This document shows positions 1 through 12,848 of a DNA stretch of 64,000 bases, one piece after another. The notes under the pieces are model-generated. The model was not told where the DNA came from, searched no databases, and worked only from the letters and a program-made list of their open reading frames with translations. This stretch comes from Eledone cirrhosa (Eukaryota): positions 104,594,001 through 104,658,000 of the forward strand of contig OZ024744.1 in NCBI GenBank assembly GCA_964016885.1, in the 5' to 3' direction. Both the position numbers and the translations under genes were made by a program. Each line of letters starts with the position of its first letter. Position 1 is the first letter of the stretch.

Positions 1-827
1 ACAAATCTATGCAGTGATTCTTTCCTGAGACATTCTAACCACACGCCTGTAGTATCGGAGCTGTGATCTCTCAATTCAGAGAAGTAGTGGCTCTACATGG
101 AGTGACTCTCTGATCACCGAGCTACAAATCTATGCAGTGATTCTTTCCTGAGACATTCTAACCACATGCCTGTAGTATCGGAGCTGTGATCTCTCAATTC
201 AGAGAAGTAGTGGCTCTACATGGAGTGACTCTCTGATCACCGAGCTACAAATCTATGCAGTGATTCTTTCCTGAGACATTCTAACCACATGCCTGTAGTA
301 TCGGAGCTGTGATCTCTCAATTCAGAGAAGTAGTGGCTCTACATGGAGTGACTCTCTGATCACCGAGCTACAAATCTATGCAGTGATTCTTTCCTGAGAC
401 ATTCTAACCACATGCCTGTAGTATCGGAGCTGTGATCTCTCAATTCAGAGAAGTAGTGGCTCTACATGGAGTGACTCTCTGATCACCGAGCTACAAATCT
501 ATGCAGTGATTCTTTCCTGAGACATTCTAACCACATGCCTGTAGTATCGGAGCTGTGATCTCTCAATTCAGAGAAGTAGTGGCTCTACATGGAGTGACTC
601 TCTGATCACCGAGCTACAAATCTATGCAGTGATTCTTTCCTGAGACATTCTAACCACATGCCTGTAGTATCGGAGCTGTGATCTCTCAATTCAGAGAAGT
701 AGTGGCTCTACATGGAGTGACTCTCTGATCACCGAGCTACAAATCTATGCAGTGATTTTTTTCCTGGGACATTCTAACCACATGCCCATAGTATCAGAGC
801 TGTGATCTCTCAATTCAGAAAAGTAGC
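1..827 (-). repeat. 123-bp tandem repeat (about 6.7 units, runs off the window start) derived from an RTE/Rex3-Expander-like LINE C-terminus
   Basis: Unit start acaaatctatg recurs at 1, 124, 247. The minus strand reads SSVIRESLHVEPLLL*IERSQLRYYRHVVRMSQERI, resembling the RTE/Rex3 motif EPLLLHIERSQLRWLGH. Confidence 0.8.
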
Positions 828-1054
828 CAGCTGTTAAATGCTGCAGGTGAAAGAGACTTGGTATAAACCTTTTTCTTGAAATCTACTTATGTAGCATCAG
901 GTGGTAGATTTGCAAGAGCTTGACAAAATGATGCACCTATTGCAGGGACATGGAATTGGGCAACATTGAAATATTTTGGAGTCTTCAAGTTATTTGTTGT
1001 GAATTTCTTTCTAACAACCAGCTTCAGCTTTACTTATACAAGGTAGTGATCTGT

Positions 1055-1502
1055 CCAACATGTAGTTCCATGTAGCACTACAACTAACTGTAACTTCATA
1101 TAACACCCCAACAACCAACGTGTAGCCCCATGTAACATTACAACAACCAACATGTAGTCCCATGTAAACCTTAGCACTACAACAACCAACATGTAGCTCC
1201 ATGTAACACTACAACAACCATGTAGCTCCATGTAACACTACAACAGCCAACATGTAGTCTCATGTAAACCTTAGCACTACAACAACCAACATGTAGCTCC
1301 ATGTAACACTACAACAACCATGTAGCTCCATGTAACACTACAACAGCCAACATGTAGTCTCATGTAACACCTTAGCACTACACCAACCAACATGTAGCTC
1401 CATGTAACACTACAACAACCATGTAACACTACAACAGCCAACATGTAGTCTCATGTAACACCTTAGCACTACACCAACCAACATGTAGCTCCATGTAACA
1501 TG
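1055..1502. repeat. Degenerate ~30-bp minisatellite (catgtagctccatgtaacactacaacaacc)
   Basis: Visible tandem units of variable length. Confidence 0.85.
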
Positions 1503-1975
1503 TCCCAGTTTTGTTCTTGTGATTAAGTTTTTGACATAACATAGTGTTCCCTATCAGAGCACAGCTGCATAGATGAAGACCAGCCAAGTTACCTGATCTG
1601 ACTTGTCTAACCCATGCTAGCATGGAAAATTGGACATTAAATGGTGATGGTGAAGATGATGATGATATATACATGATGGCTGCCCTCTCATTATCGAGTA
1701 TGGCCATTACACAATATAACATTATTAATAATTATCAATTAATGTTATCGTGCAATGCCTGTGCGTGAACATTTTTGTTAAAGTGAGGAAAGACTGTGCA
1801 CTGAGCCAATCCCACTCTCTGAGCGACAGTAGCTATAACCCCAAAAGAAGAAAAGATCAACATCATCGGTAACTACTGAGCCACAGGTTTTATGTCAGAG
1901 TTATCCCAGTTTCCTGAGTTGCCTTCTCCTAGAAGAATGCCCTGACAAAGGCTAGGAGTCCTTCACTCCCAGTAA

Positions 1976-2063
<88 letters not shown>

Positions 2064-2550
2064 GAATAATCGAGTATCGAAAAATCGGCGCACGAGTTCA
2101 CGATAAACAAAATTCGACATGAGTGGCAGAGGGCTCAATAATTCAGAGAAATCAGAGCTATAACTATCGTTAAAATACCAACACACATAGATTATGTCTA
2201 AAATCAACCATACGACCGAAAAATTACGATCAGGAAGATTCGGGTCACTCAGATAAAATATCAATAAATCAATAAATCATGTGAATGTAAAAAGCTTACA
2301 CGGACCCACTAGAAAGATGGTAAATCTAGCTTCTTGGGTTTCTGTAAATCCTTAAACCGCCCACTATCAGCCCACATAAAAATATATAAGACTTCTAGAG
2401 AGCGGCGGACAGGAAATACTTTATCAACGAGCTTTGTCCAGACGAATAAAAAAGCCAACCCTAGCTGAAAACGCACATGGAATCCAGCAAGGGAGATAAC
2501 CTCTATATCCGCGAAAAATATATATATATATATAGAGTGGCAGAGATATA

Positions 2551-2591
2551 CAGTCCTGATGACAGGTAATGACCCAGAAACATGTTGATTG
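2551..2591 (+). ncRNA. Minimal hammerhead-ribozyme-like motif (degenerate)
   Basis: cagtc-CTGATGA-ca(ggt aatg acc)ca-GAA-ACATGT-T-gattg. Helix I is cagtc/gattg, helix III is palindromic, and the base of helix II is mismatched. Confidence 0.55.
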
Positions 2592-2748
2592 TTCCTCAAA
2601 GCCAGTGTTGAACAAACAGTGATGATCGGTCACTGGCATGGCACAGCTTCAAATTGGGCCGTTTGTTTACAAATGGATCAAACATTATTATTAGTGTTCG
2701 ATATAACCCATACGTACACATGTATATGTATATATGTATGTGTGTATG

Positions 2749-2789
<41 letters not shown>

Positions 2790-3543
2790 GTGTTATATCA
2801 GAGTTTTCCTTCTCCTAGAATTCTGCCTTGACAAAGGCTAAGGGGTCATCTCTCCAGGTGATTTTGGATGGCTATTGACTCTTAAGAGCCCCTTTGCCCT
2901 TTGCCATTTGACAGGTTTTGTTTTTAGTCCTGCGGGATGTCCAAAGCCACCCTCCTCACCAAGAAACCTGCAACCCTGATGGTATCCAATGATGTTGAAT
3001 TGTTCTTCTTTTTGGTAAATATCATCTTGGTTAAGAGAGTGGGACTGGCTTTGTGCAGTGCCTTTGCTCACTATAAAAGCTTCACGGCACAGGCATTGCT
3101 TTATATCTGGAGATCTCTCTGCACTTGTCGTCACATGGTACCATGGGCCCAGCACTATGTGTCAATAATTGTCACAAGAGTAGTGTTTGTACCAGAGTTT
3201 TCAAGTCGCTGGCTGGACTAAAAAGTCACACTCGTTCAGCGCATTGGTAGGGGTTCTCCTACATGGATATAAAGTAGTGGCTGTACTCGAAAACGAATTG
3301 GCAGCCACCATATAAAATTGTAAAAGTGGAGAATAACATGGTCAACAGTACAAAAAAGGGTATTTATTTGCAGTCTAACAATTGTTTCACTGATAGAGTT
3401 GTCTAAAAATTGCTGAACACTAAAAACAGTGCCACTCAATTTTAAATACGATGTTAACTCTACTAGATCATCGGGAACTGTTCAAAATATATATATATAC
3501 AACCGGCAAATTTACAAATTCAAATTACATCATCAATAATAAT

Positions 3544-3642
3544 TGTTTCTTTTTTTGGCACAAGGCCAGCAATTACTCAGTGCATTACTGGTACTTTATT
3601 TTATCGACCCCGTAAGGATGAAAGGCAAAGTCAACCTCGGCG
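3544..3642 (-). mobile_element. 5'-truncated Meta-domain SINE with 15-bp TSD
   Basis: Core ctggtactttattttatcgaccccgtaaggatgaaaggc. TSD atcatcaataataat at 3529-3543 and 3643-3657. The insertion is absent from the partner arm. Confidence 0.85.
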
Positions 3643-4292
3643 ATCATCAATAATAATATTAATAATAAAGATATAGAGAGAAAAGGAGGAAGAAAGAACA
3701 TCAAAAAGAACAACATCAAAACCTCTTATATATACATTGTTATTTTATATATCTCTATTTTTTCACTCTTTATCTTAATATCCCTCTCCTTAAATTTATT
3801 TCATCTCTGTCATTTTATTTTATCATATAATATAACTTAAAACTAATTAATTTATTTATTTATTAAAATAACCAATACACACATAAATATATTTAACATT
3901 ATCATATTTTCACCATTTTTTCATATTATTTTTCATATATTTTTTATATATCTATTTTTATTTTTATTTACATTTATTCATGCATTAACGTTTATTCATC
4001 TATTTGTCCTCTATTCTTCTCTCTATCCTACGTTATTCTTACTTGTTTGTCTTTTATCTATCTACCATTATCTTCTATATATATTCCTCTCTTTATATTT
4101 CTATCTATAATAATGTTTCCTTTTCTTCTTCTTTCTCTTTTTCCTTCTTCTTTCTCCTTCCTTTCCTTTCTTTCTTTACTGTATCTATCTCCCTTTCTTT
4201 CTCCTTTTATTTCTATATCTTTATTATTAATAGTATTATTGATGATGTAATTTGAATTTGTAAATTTGCCGGTGGCATATATATTTTTTTAA

Positions 4293-4402
4293 CAGTTTCC
4301 GATGATCTAGTAGAGTTAACATCGTATTTACAATTGAGTGGCACTGTTTTTAGTGTTCAGCAATTTTTAGACAACTCTATCAGTGAAACAATTGTTAGAC
4401 TG
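4293..4402 (+). ncRNA. Hammerhead-ribozyme-like motif with long helix II (CCGATGA core variant)
   Basis: cagttt-CCGATGA-..tagagtt..aactcta..-GAA-ACAATTGT-T-agactg. A mirror copy lies on the minus strand at about 3371-3480. Confidence 0.5.
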
Positions 4403-4608
4403 CAAATAAATACCCTTTTTTGTACTGTTGACCATGTTTTCAATTTTATTACTCCAAGATAAACTTACATAGGAATACAAGTGAAATCATAAACTCGTCA
4501 TCTACGTAAACCTCTTGTTGAGTCAAGCAACGCCGTACGCTAAAACTATCCATAATAAGAAGTATTTACAACCTCTAATTTGATTACCTATAACAATATT
4601 TTGTTATC

Positions 4609-4651
<43 letters not shown>

Positions 4652-4783
4652 GTATATGCTGGTTGTTTACCGACACCTCAGTATGCAGACTGGAGCACTC
4701 GACGAAGTGCGCAGGTTGGTTTGGTTACTCCGGAGTAATGTAAAATAAATAAGTCAAATATTTAAAATTTGGCTTCGTTTATT

Positions 4784-4838
4784 ACTGCTATATATATTTC
4801 GGTGACAGCCATCTTTGGCTGTGACCTCTTCAGGTAGT
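4784..4838 (-). ncRNA. Minimal hammerhead ribozyme motif
   Basis: Minus strand: actac-CTGAAGA-ggtcacagcca aaga tggctgtcacc-GAA-ATATATAT-A-gcagt. Strong helix II, palindromic helix III, AUA cleavage triplet. Confidence 0.7.
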
Positions 4839-5126
4839 CCGAATTAGTGTGGTAGAGACGAGTACACATGTTGTTGAGGTGTTTAACTTTGTCAATACTC
4901 TGATATGCCCAGTTCCTGGTTGGGTTGTTGTTTCTATGAGTAACTGGAATCATATGTAGTTTCATTATATCTAGTTTAATACTTCACTATTTCAAAATAT
5001 ACTTAGTAGTTTCATTGGTTTAGTACTTCACTATTTCAAAATATACTTAGTAGTTTCATTGGTTTAGTACTTCACTATTTCAAATTTCTCCACAGTTGGC
5101 TTTATTTCTTATTTTTCTCTGAAGAC

Positions 5127-5946
5127 CAATAAATTGACTGCTTAATAAAATAATAAAATAAATTGACTGCTTAATAAAATAATAAAATAAATTGACTGCT
5201 TAATAAAATAATAAAATAAATTGACTGCTTAATAAAATAATAAAATAAATTGACTGCTTAATAAAATAATAAAATAAATTGACTGCTTAATAAAATAATA
5301 AAATAAATTGACTGCTTAATAAAATAATAAAATAAATTGACTGCTTAATAAAATAATAAAATAAATTGACTGCTTAATAAAATAATAAAATAAATTGACT
5401 GCTTAGTAAAATAATAAAATAAATTGACTGCTTAATAAAATAATAAAATAAATTGACTGCTTAATAAAATAATAAAATAAATTGACTGCTTAGTAAAATA
5501 ATAAAATAAATTGACTGCTTAATAAAATAATAAAATAAATTGACTGCTTAATAAAATAATAAAATAAATTGACTGCTTAATAAAATAATAAAATAAATTG
5601 ACTGCTTAATAAAATAAAATAAATTGACTGCTTAATAAAATAATAAAATAAATTGACTGCTTAATAAAATAATAAAATAAATTGACTGCTTAATAAAATA
5701 ATAAAATAAATTGACTGCTTAGTAAAATAATAAAATAAATTGACTGCTTAATAAAATAATAAAATAAATTGACTGCTTAATAAAATAATAAAATAAATTG
5801 ACTGCTTAATAAAATAATAAAATAAATTGACTGCTTAATAAAATAATAAAATAAATTGACTGCTTAATAAAATAATAAAATAAATTGACTGCTTAATAAA
5901 ATAATAAAATAAATTGACTGCTTAGTAAAAAAAATAAAATAAATTG
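5127..5946. repeat. 29-bp AT-rich minisatellite (aattgactgcttaataaaataataaaata)
   Basis: About 28 near-identical tandem units. Confidence 0.95.
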
Positions 5947-5960
5947 CTGTGTGTCTGCTT

Positions 5961-6693
5961 AATAATGGTTTCAGATTTATACACAGTCGATTAGGAAAAG
6001 TCAATTAAATCAACCTCAGTGTATTACCTCGTAAGGATGAATGGCAAAGCTAACCGCAGCAGGATTGGAACTCAAAACGTCAATGGATGTAACCATATGC
6101 CACAGACCATGTTGTCTGACACTCTACCAATACTGCCACTCTACTGACCGTGCTTTTTATAATAAAATCTTTAATATATCATAATAATGGTTTCTGATTT
6201 AGGCACAAGGCCAGCAAATACCCAGTGTATTACTAGTACTTTATTTTATCGACCCCGTAAGGCTGAAAGGCAAAGTTAACCTTGGCGGGATTTAAACTCA
6301 GAATGGCAAGGGCCGTAACTCTATGCTGCAGAGCATGGCGTCCGACCCTCTACCAATACTGCCAATCTAATCATAATAATGGTTTCTGATTTAGGCACAA
6401 GGCCAGCAATTTTTTGGGGAAAGGGAAAGTTGATTAAATCGACTGCAATGCGTTACTGGTACTTTAATGTATTGACCCCATAAGGATGATGGCAAAGCTA
6501 ACCTCAGCTGGATTTGAACACAAAATGTAAAGGGTGTAACTCTATGCTGCAACGCATGTCCTATACTCTACCGATACTGCCACTCTACTGCCAAGCGAAC
6601 CTTGGCAGGATTTGAACTCAGGATGTAAAAGGCCATAACTCTATACTGCAAAGCATGTTGTTCGCCACTCCAGCGATACTGCCAATCTACTGC
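5961..6693 (-). mobile_element. Head-to-tail cluster of about 4 tRNA-derived Meta-domain SINE copies
   Basis: Repeated gaccccgtaaggatgaaaggc core, ggatttgaactc B-box-like motif and (att)n tails. Copies at about 5961-6150, 6181-6370, 6373-6592 and a partial at 6596-6693. Confidence 0.8.
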
Positions 6694-6773
6694 CCTTTAT
6701 GTCAGTTTAATAATAAAAGTAATTAATTTTTCTCTTCAGTTAATGTTATAGTAGATGTTACTGTTCGCATTAA

Positions 6774-6903
6774 CCCTTTAGCATTTAAACCGGCCATATC
6801 CGGCCAGAATTCACTCACCTCTTTCTGTTCAAACCAGCCATAACCAGCTGCTCATACTTATGTTAAGGTATTCTTCTCAAAATAAATATCAAAATCTCAC
6901 AGA
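6774..6903 (+). mobile_element. Partial piggyBac-like TTAA MITE
   Basis: ttaa|ccctttagcatttaaaccggcc; same family as 10894-11114. Confidence 0.75.
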
Positions 6904-7077
6904 TTAATCCTAACCCCAGAGGAAAATTATCTCCGCCAGTCAATAATCAGAACTCCTGTATATGAGATCTCAAAGAAGTGTATAAATTATACTAATTTAA
7001 AGTAGTAAATAAACAAAAGTATCATAAAAAATGAAAAAATATATATATACATACTCACAAAAATTAATTCCTGTATG

Positions 7078-10000
7078 GGCAGAGTCAGGTAGACGAGGTA
7101 ACAGTGATATTGTCACATGTGGTGCAATGGTAGAGTCTGGTAGATGAGGTAACAGTGATATTGTCACATGTGGTGTAATGGCAGAGTTTGGTAGACGAGG
7201 TAACAGTGATATTGTCACATGTGGTGTAATGGTAGAGTCTGGTAGACGAGGTAACAGTGATATTGTCACATGTGGTGTAATGGTAGAGTCTGGTAGACGA
7301 GGTAACAGTGATATTGTCACATGTGGTGTAATGGCAGAGTTTGGTAGACGAGGTAACAGTGATATTGTCACATGTGGTGTAATGGCAGAGTCTGGTAGAC
7401 GAGGTAACAGTGATATTGTCACATGTGGTGTAATGGCAGAGTCTGGTAGACGAGGTAACAGTGATATTGTCACATGTGGTGTAATGGTAGAGTCTGGTAG
7501 ACGAGGTAACAGTGATATTGTCACATGTGGTGTAATGGCAGAGTTTGGTAGACGAGGTAACAGTGATATTGTCGCATGTGGTGTAATGGTAGAGTCTGGT
7601 GTAGACGAGGTAACAGTGATATTGTCACATGTGGTGTAATGGTAGAGACTGGTAGACGAGGTAACAGTGATATTGTCACATGTGGTGTAATGGCAGAGTC
7701 TGGTAGACAAGGTAACAGTGATATTGTCACATGTGGTGTAATGGTAGAGTCTGGTAGACGAGGTAACAGTGATATTGTCACATGTGGTGTAATGGCAGAG
7801 TCTGGTAGACGAGGTAACAGTGATATTGTCACATGTGGTGTAATGGCAGAGTTTGGTAGACGAGGTAACAGTGATATTGTCACATGTGGTGTAATGGCAG
7901 AGTCTGGTAGACGAGGTAACAGTGATATTGTCACATGTGGTGTAATGGCAGAGTCTGGTAGACGAGGTAACAGTGATATTGTCACATGTGGTGTAATGGT
8001 AGAGTCTGGTAGACGAGGTAACAGTGATATTGTCACATGTGGTGTAATGGCAGAGTTTGGTAGACGAGGTAACAGTGATATTGTCGCATGTGGTGTAATG
8101 GTAGAGTCTGGTAGACGAGGTAACAGTGATATTGTCACATGTGGTGTAATGGTAGAGTCTGGTAGACGAGGTAACAGTGATATTGTCACATGTGGTATAA
8201 TGGCAGAGTCTGGTAGACGAGGTAACAGTGATATTGTCACATGTGGTGTAATGGTAGAGTCTGGTAGACGAGGTAACAATGATATTGTCACATGTGGTGT
8301 AATGGCAGAGTCTGGTAGACGAGGTAACAGTGATATTGTCACATGTGGTGTAATGGTAGAGTCTGGTAGACGAGGTAACAGTGATATTGTCACATGTGGT
8401 ATAATGGCAGAGTCTGGTAGACGAGGTAACAGTGATATTGTTACATGTGGTGTAATGGCAGAGTTTGGTAGACGAGGTAACAGTGATATTGTCACATGTG
8501 GTGTAATGGCAGAGTCTGGTAGACGAGGTAACAGTGATATTGTCACATGTGGTGTAATGGTAGAGTCTGGTGTAGACGAGGTAACAGTGATATTGTCACA
8601 TGTGGTGTAATGGTAGAGTCTGGTAGACGAGGTAACAGTGATATTGTCACATGTGGTGTAATGGCAGAGTCTGGTAGACAAGGTAACAGTGATATTGTCA
8701 CATGTGGTGTAATGGTAGAGTCTGGTAGACGAGGTAACAGTGATATTGTCACATGTGGTGTAATGGCAGAGTCTGGTAGACGAGGTAACAGTGATATTGT
8801 CACATGTGGTGTAATGGCAGAGTTTGGTAGACGAGGTAACAGTGATATTGTCACATGTGGTGTAATGGCAGAGTCTGGTAGACGAGGTAACAGTGATATT
8901 GTCACATGTGGTATAATGACAGAGTCTGGTAGACGAGGTAACAGTGATATTGTCACATGTGGTGTAATGGTAGAGTCTGGTAGACGAGGTAACAGTGATA
9001 TTGTCACATGTGGTGTAATGGCAGAGTCTGGTAGACGAGGTAACAGTGATATTGTCACATGTGGTGTAATGGTAGAGTCTGGTAGACGAGGTAACAGTGA
9101 TATTGTCACATGTGGTGTAATGGCAGAATTTGGTAGACGAGGTAACAGTGATATTGTCGCATGTGGTGTAATGGTAGAGTCTGGTAGACGAGGTAACAGT
9201 GATATTGTCACATGTGGTGTAATGGTAGAGTCTGGTAGACGAGGTAACAATGATATTGTCACATGTGGTATAATGGCAGAGTCTGGTAGACGAGGTAACA
9301 GTGATATTGTCACATGTGGTGTAATGGTAGAGTCTGGTAGACGAGGTAACAGTGATATTGTCACATGTGGTGTAATGGCAGAGTCTGGTAGACGAGGTAA
9401 CAGTGATATTGTCACATGTGGTGTAATGGTAGAGTCTGGTAGACGAGGTAACAGTGATATTGTCACATGTGGTGTAATGGTAGAGTCTGGTAGACGAGGT
9501 AACAGTGATATTGTTACATGTGGTGTAATGGCAGAGTTTGGTAGACGAGGTAACAGTGATATTGTCACATGTGGTGTAATGGTAGAGTCTGGTAGACGAG
9601 GTAACTGTGATATTGTCACATGTGGTGTAATGGTAGAGTCTGGTAGACGAGGTAACAGTGATATTGTCACATGTGGTGTAATGGCAGAGTCTGGTAGACG
9701 AGGTAACAGTGATATTGTCACATGTGGTATAATGGTAGAGTCTGGTAGACGAGGTAACAGTGATATTGTCACATGTGGTGTAATGGCAGAGTCTGGTAGA
9801 CGAGGTAACAGTGATATTGTCACACGTGGTGTAATGGCAGAGTCTGGTAGACGAGGTAACAGTGATATTGTCACATGTGGTATAATGGTAGAGTCTGGTA
9901 GACGAGGTAACAGTGATATTGTCACATGTGGTGTAATGGCAGAGTTTGGTAGATGAGGTAACAGTGATATTGTCACATGTGGTGTAATGGTAGAGTCTAC

Positions 10001-10845
10001 CAGACTCTGCCATTACACCAATGGCAGAGTTTGGTATACGAGGTAACTGTGATATTGTCACATGTGGTGTAATGGTAGAGTCTGGTAGACGAGGTAACAG
10101 TGATATTGTCACATGTGGTGTAATGGCAGAGTCTGGTAGACGAGGTAACAGTGATATTGTCACATGTGGTATAATGGTTGAGTCTGGTAGCATGTGTTGT
10201 AGAGGCAGAGTTTGGTAGATGAGGTAACAGTGATATTGTCACATGTGGTGTAATGGTAGAGTCTACCAGACTCTGCCATTACACCAATGGCAGAGTTTGG
10301 TATACGAGGTAACTGTGATATTGTCACATGTGGTGTAATGGTAGAGTCTGGTAGACGAGGTAACAGTGATATTGTCACATGTGGTGTAATGGCAGAGTCT
10401 GGTAGACGAGGTAACAGTGATATTGTCACATGTGGTATAATGGTAGAGTCTGGTAGACGAGGTAACAGTGATATTGTCACATGTGGTGTAATGGCAGAGT
10501 CTGGTAGACGAGGTAACAGTGATATTGTCACATGTGGTGTAATGGCAGAGTCTGGTAGACGAGGTAACAGTGATATTGTCACATGTGGTGTAATGGCAGA
10601 GTCTGGTAGACGAGGTAACAGTGATATTGTCACATGTGGTATAATGGTAGAGTCTGGTAGACGAGGTAACAGTGATATTGTCACATGTGGTGTAATGGCA
10701 GAGTTTGGTAGATGAGGTAACAGTGATATTGTCACATGTGGTGTAATGGTAGAGTCTGGTAGACGAGGTAACAGTGATATTGCCACATGTGGCGTAATGG
10801 TAGAGTCTGGTAGACGAGGTAACTGTGATATAGTTACATGTTGTG
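7078..10845. repeat. 51-bp minisatellite (about 73 units)
   Basis: Unit ggtagacgaggtaacagtgatattgtcacatgtggtgtaatggcagagtct. It accounts for the 17-aa-repeat ORFs. Confidence 0.97.
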
Positions 10846-10893
10846 TATCAATATTGCCTGTATTTTCACTCTCTTCAAACAACCTGATTTTAA

Positions 10894-11114
10894 CCCTTTA
10901 GCATTTAAACTGGTCGTATCCGGCTAGAATTCTCTCACTTCTTTCTGTTCAAACTGGCTGTAACTAGCCACTTATACTGATGTTAAGGTATTGTTCTCAA
11001 AATAGATAATATCAAAATCTCATAGATGCAATATTATGTGAGATAATTATGTGAGATAAAGTGTTTACTGTGAAAATACAATAATATATATAGAGCAATG
11101 TAAATGCTTAAGGG
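10894..11114 (+). mobile_element. piggyBac-like MITE with TTAA TSD
   Basis: TTAA|ccctttagcattta...taaatgcttaaggg|TTAA, with TTAA at 10890-10893 and 11115-11118. Confidence 0.9.
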
Positions 11115-12579
11115 TTAAGGTAACCTTATTGTCAAAAGAAGTAAAACTGTGGTATGTTAAAATGGTTTACCAGCAAATATTAAGACTTGTTTTTATGTTT
11201 ATTATTTTTTTCAAATTTTTGGTTGTCAAAATTGGGGTGCGTCCTCGAGAGTGAAGGGTCTTTGATGATGGGAAATATGGTAGTTTTTGCTGTGTAAAGC
11301 AAGACTTTCATGAGAGAGTAAGGAGGCCGACAGGCCAAAGTAAAGATCTCACCATTACATGATAATGTCCTTTTTCTTTCAAAGTCCAAGAAGCAAGAGA
11401 GAGTATATCAAAAGAAGCTGGAAAATCTTTGTTTAGGCGGAAGTTGGTAATATATATTCGTGCGCAGCTCACGATTGGCCTTACTTAGCCAAATCACGCA
11501 CTAATAGTTTATAAATGCACCAAAGGAAAGTAGCTTGCTACACCTGCCTGGGATTGGAAAAGTTTTATATTATATATTTTATTATTATTGTCACTCTTAC
11601 TATCAATTGACCCTGAACATCTACATACAAAGTCTTCCTTTCCTCTTTGTCTTCCTGTTATCCCACTACATCTCTTGTGTACCTAATATTTACAATGTTT
11701 ATATCGTATAGAGTAACTACCTACTCCTTTTCTACATAGAGCAGGACTTTCCTACTGACCAACATTGTTTTTTTTTTTCAAGTTTATTCTTAGTTCTGAT
11801 TCCAAAGCTGGAATTTCTTCTCTAACTTTTCCACTGATTTGGCTATTAGAACCAGGTTGTCAGCATACAGAAGTTCCCATGGGCATCTAGTCCTAAACTC
11901 CTCTGTTATGACAATAGTGGGCTGAGGACTCAGCCCTGATAAACACCACCTGCACTTTGAATTCCTCACTTAACTCATTACCTACACTCACCTCACTAAT
12001 GGCTCCTCAGTACATGGCTTGCACTACTCTTACAAGCCATTCTTCTACACATAGTTTTCTTAAGGACCACTAGATGACTGATTGGAGTACACTGTCAAAA
12101 GCTTTCTCTAGATCAAAGGTTCTCAACGGGGGGCATATGCACCCCCAGGGGGCGTTCTCGGACTCCAGGGGGGCGTTTGGAGCTTGAGGGGGGGGGGGGG
12201 CGGGCGCTGGAAGACTCTTTACTTTGGTAAGTTTTATAAGCCATATTTGTATGTCTTTGAGACAGCCAGTGTGAATGCATTTGAATGAGCTTGCAGACAG
12301 CATAACTATAGTCTGACTCAGCTGTGAGCAGGTGTGTAGGCGTGTCTAGACATTAACCGGTAATTGAGATCCTAAAAATGAAAAAACTCACAGTCATCTG
12401 GGTCAAGGACACTTTGAGCGCAGCCAGTTAGAATCTTATCTTTCCTTCACCGATAACAATGTATTTCATGTCTGAAATTATTGACTCAACCATAACGAGT
12501 TAACACTATGTAGATCTATTTTATTCCCTATTGTATAAATAATATTACAAATAAAAAAAGAATAAAAACAGAAGCGGGT

Positions 12580-12848
12580 AGCACATACATCTAGGACCAC
12601 ATACAACACATAAGCAGGTAATACAAACATCTAGGATCACATACAACACAATCAGGTAATACATACATCTAGGACCACATTCAACACATAAGGAGGTAAT
12701 ACACACATCTAGGACCACATACAACACACAAGCAGGTAATACATACAGCTGGGACCACATGCAATACATAAGCAGGTAATACATACATCTAGGACTACAT
12801 ACAACACACAGGCAGGTAATACATACATCTAGGACCAAATACAACACA
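12580..12848. repeat. 40-bp minisatellite inside the hAT
   Basis: Unit acatacatctaggaccacatacaacacataagcaggtaat, about 6.5 copies. Confidence 0.9.

Larger units (their letters stand above)
3312..4449. mobile_element. Inverted-repeat pair resembling an inverted Penelope-like pseudo-LTR
   Basis: 3335-3540 (continuing at 3643-3690) is the reverse complement of about 4200-4438. The arms contain a hammerhead-like motif. Confidence 0.65.

Noticed and set aside
7078-10845. tRNA A-box-like tggtgtaatgg in every 51-bp unit
   Set aside because: No B box or cloverleaf, and the motif spans the unit junction.
6997-10882. ORFs up to 890 aa with 17-aa repeats
   Set aside because: Open on both strands and in several frames because the 51-bp unit lacks stops; frameshifts and inversions occur inside the array.
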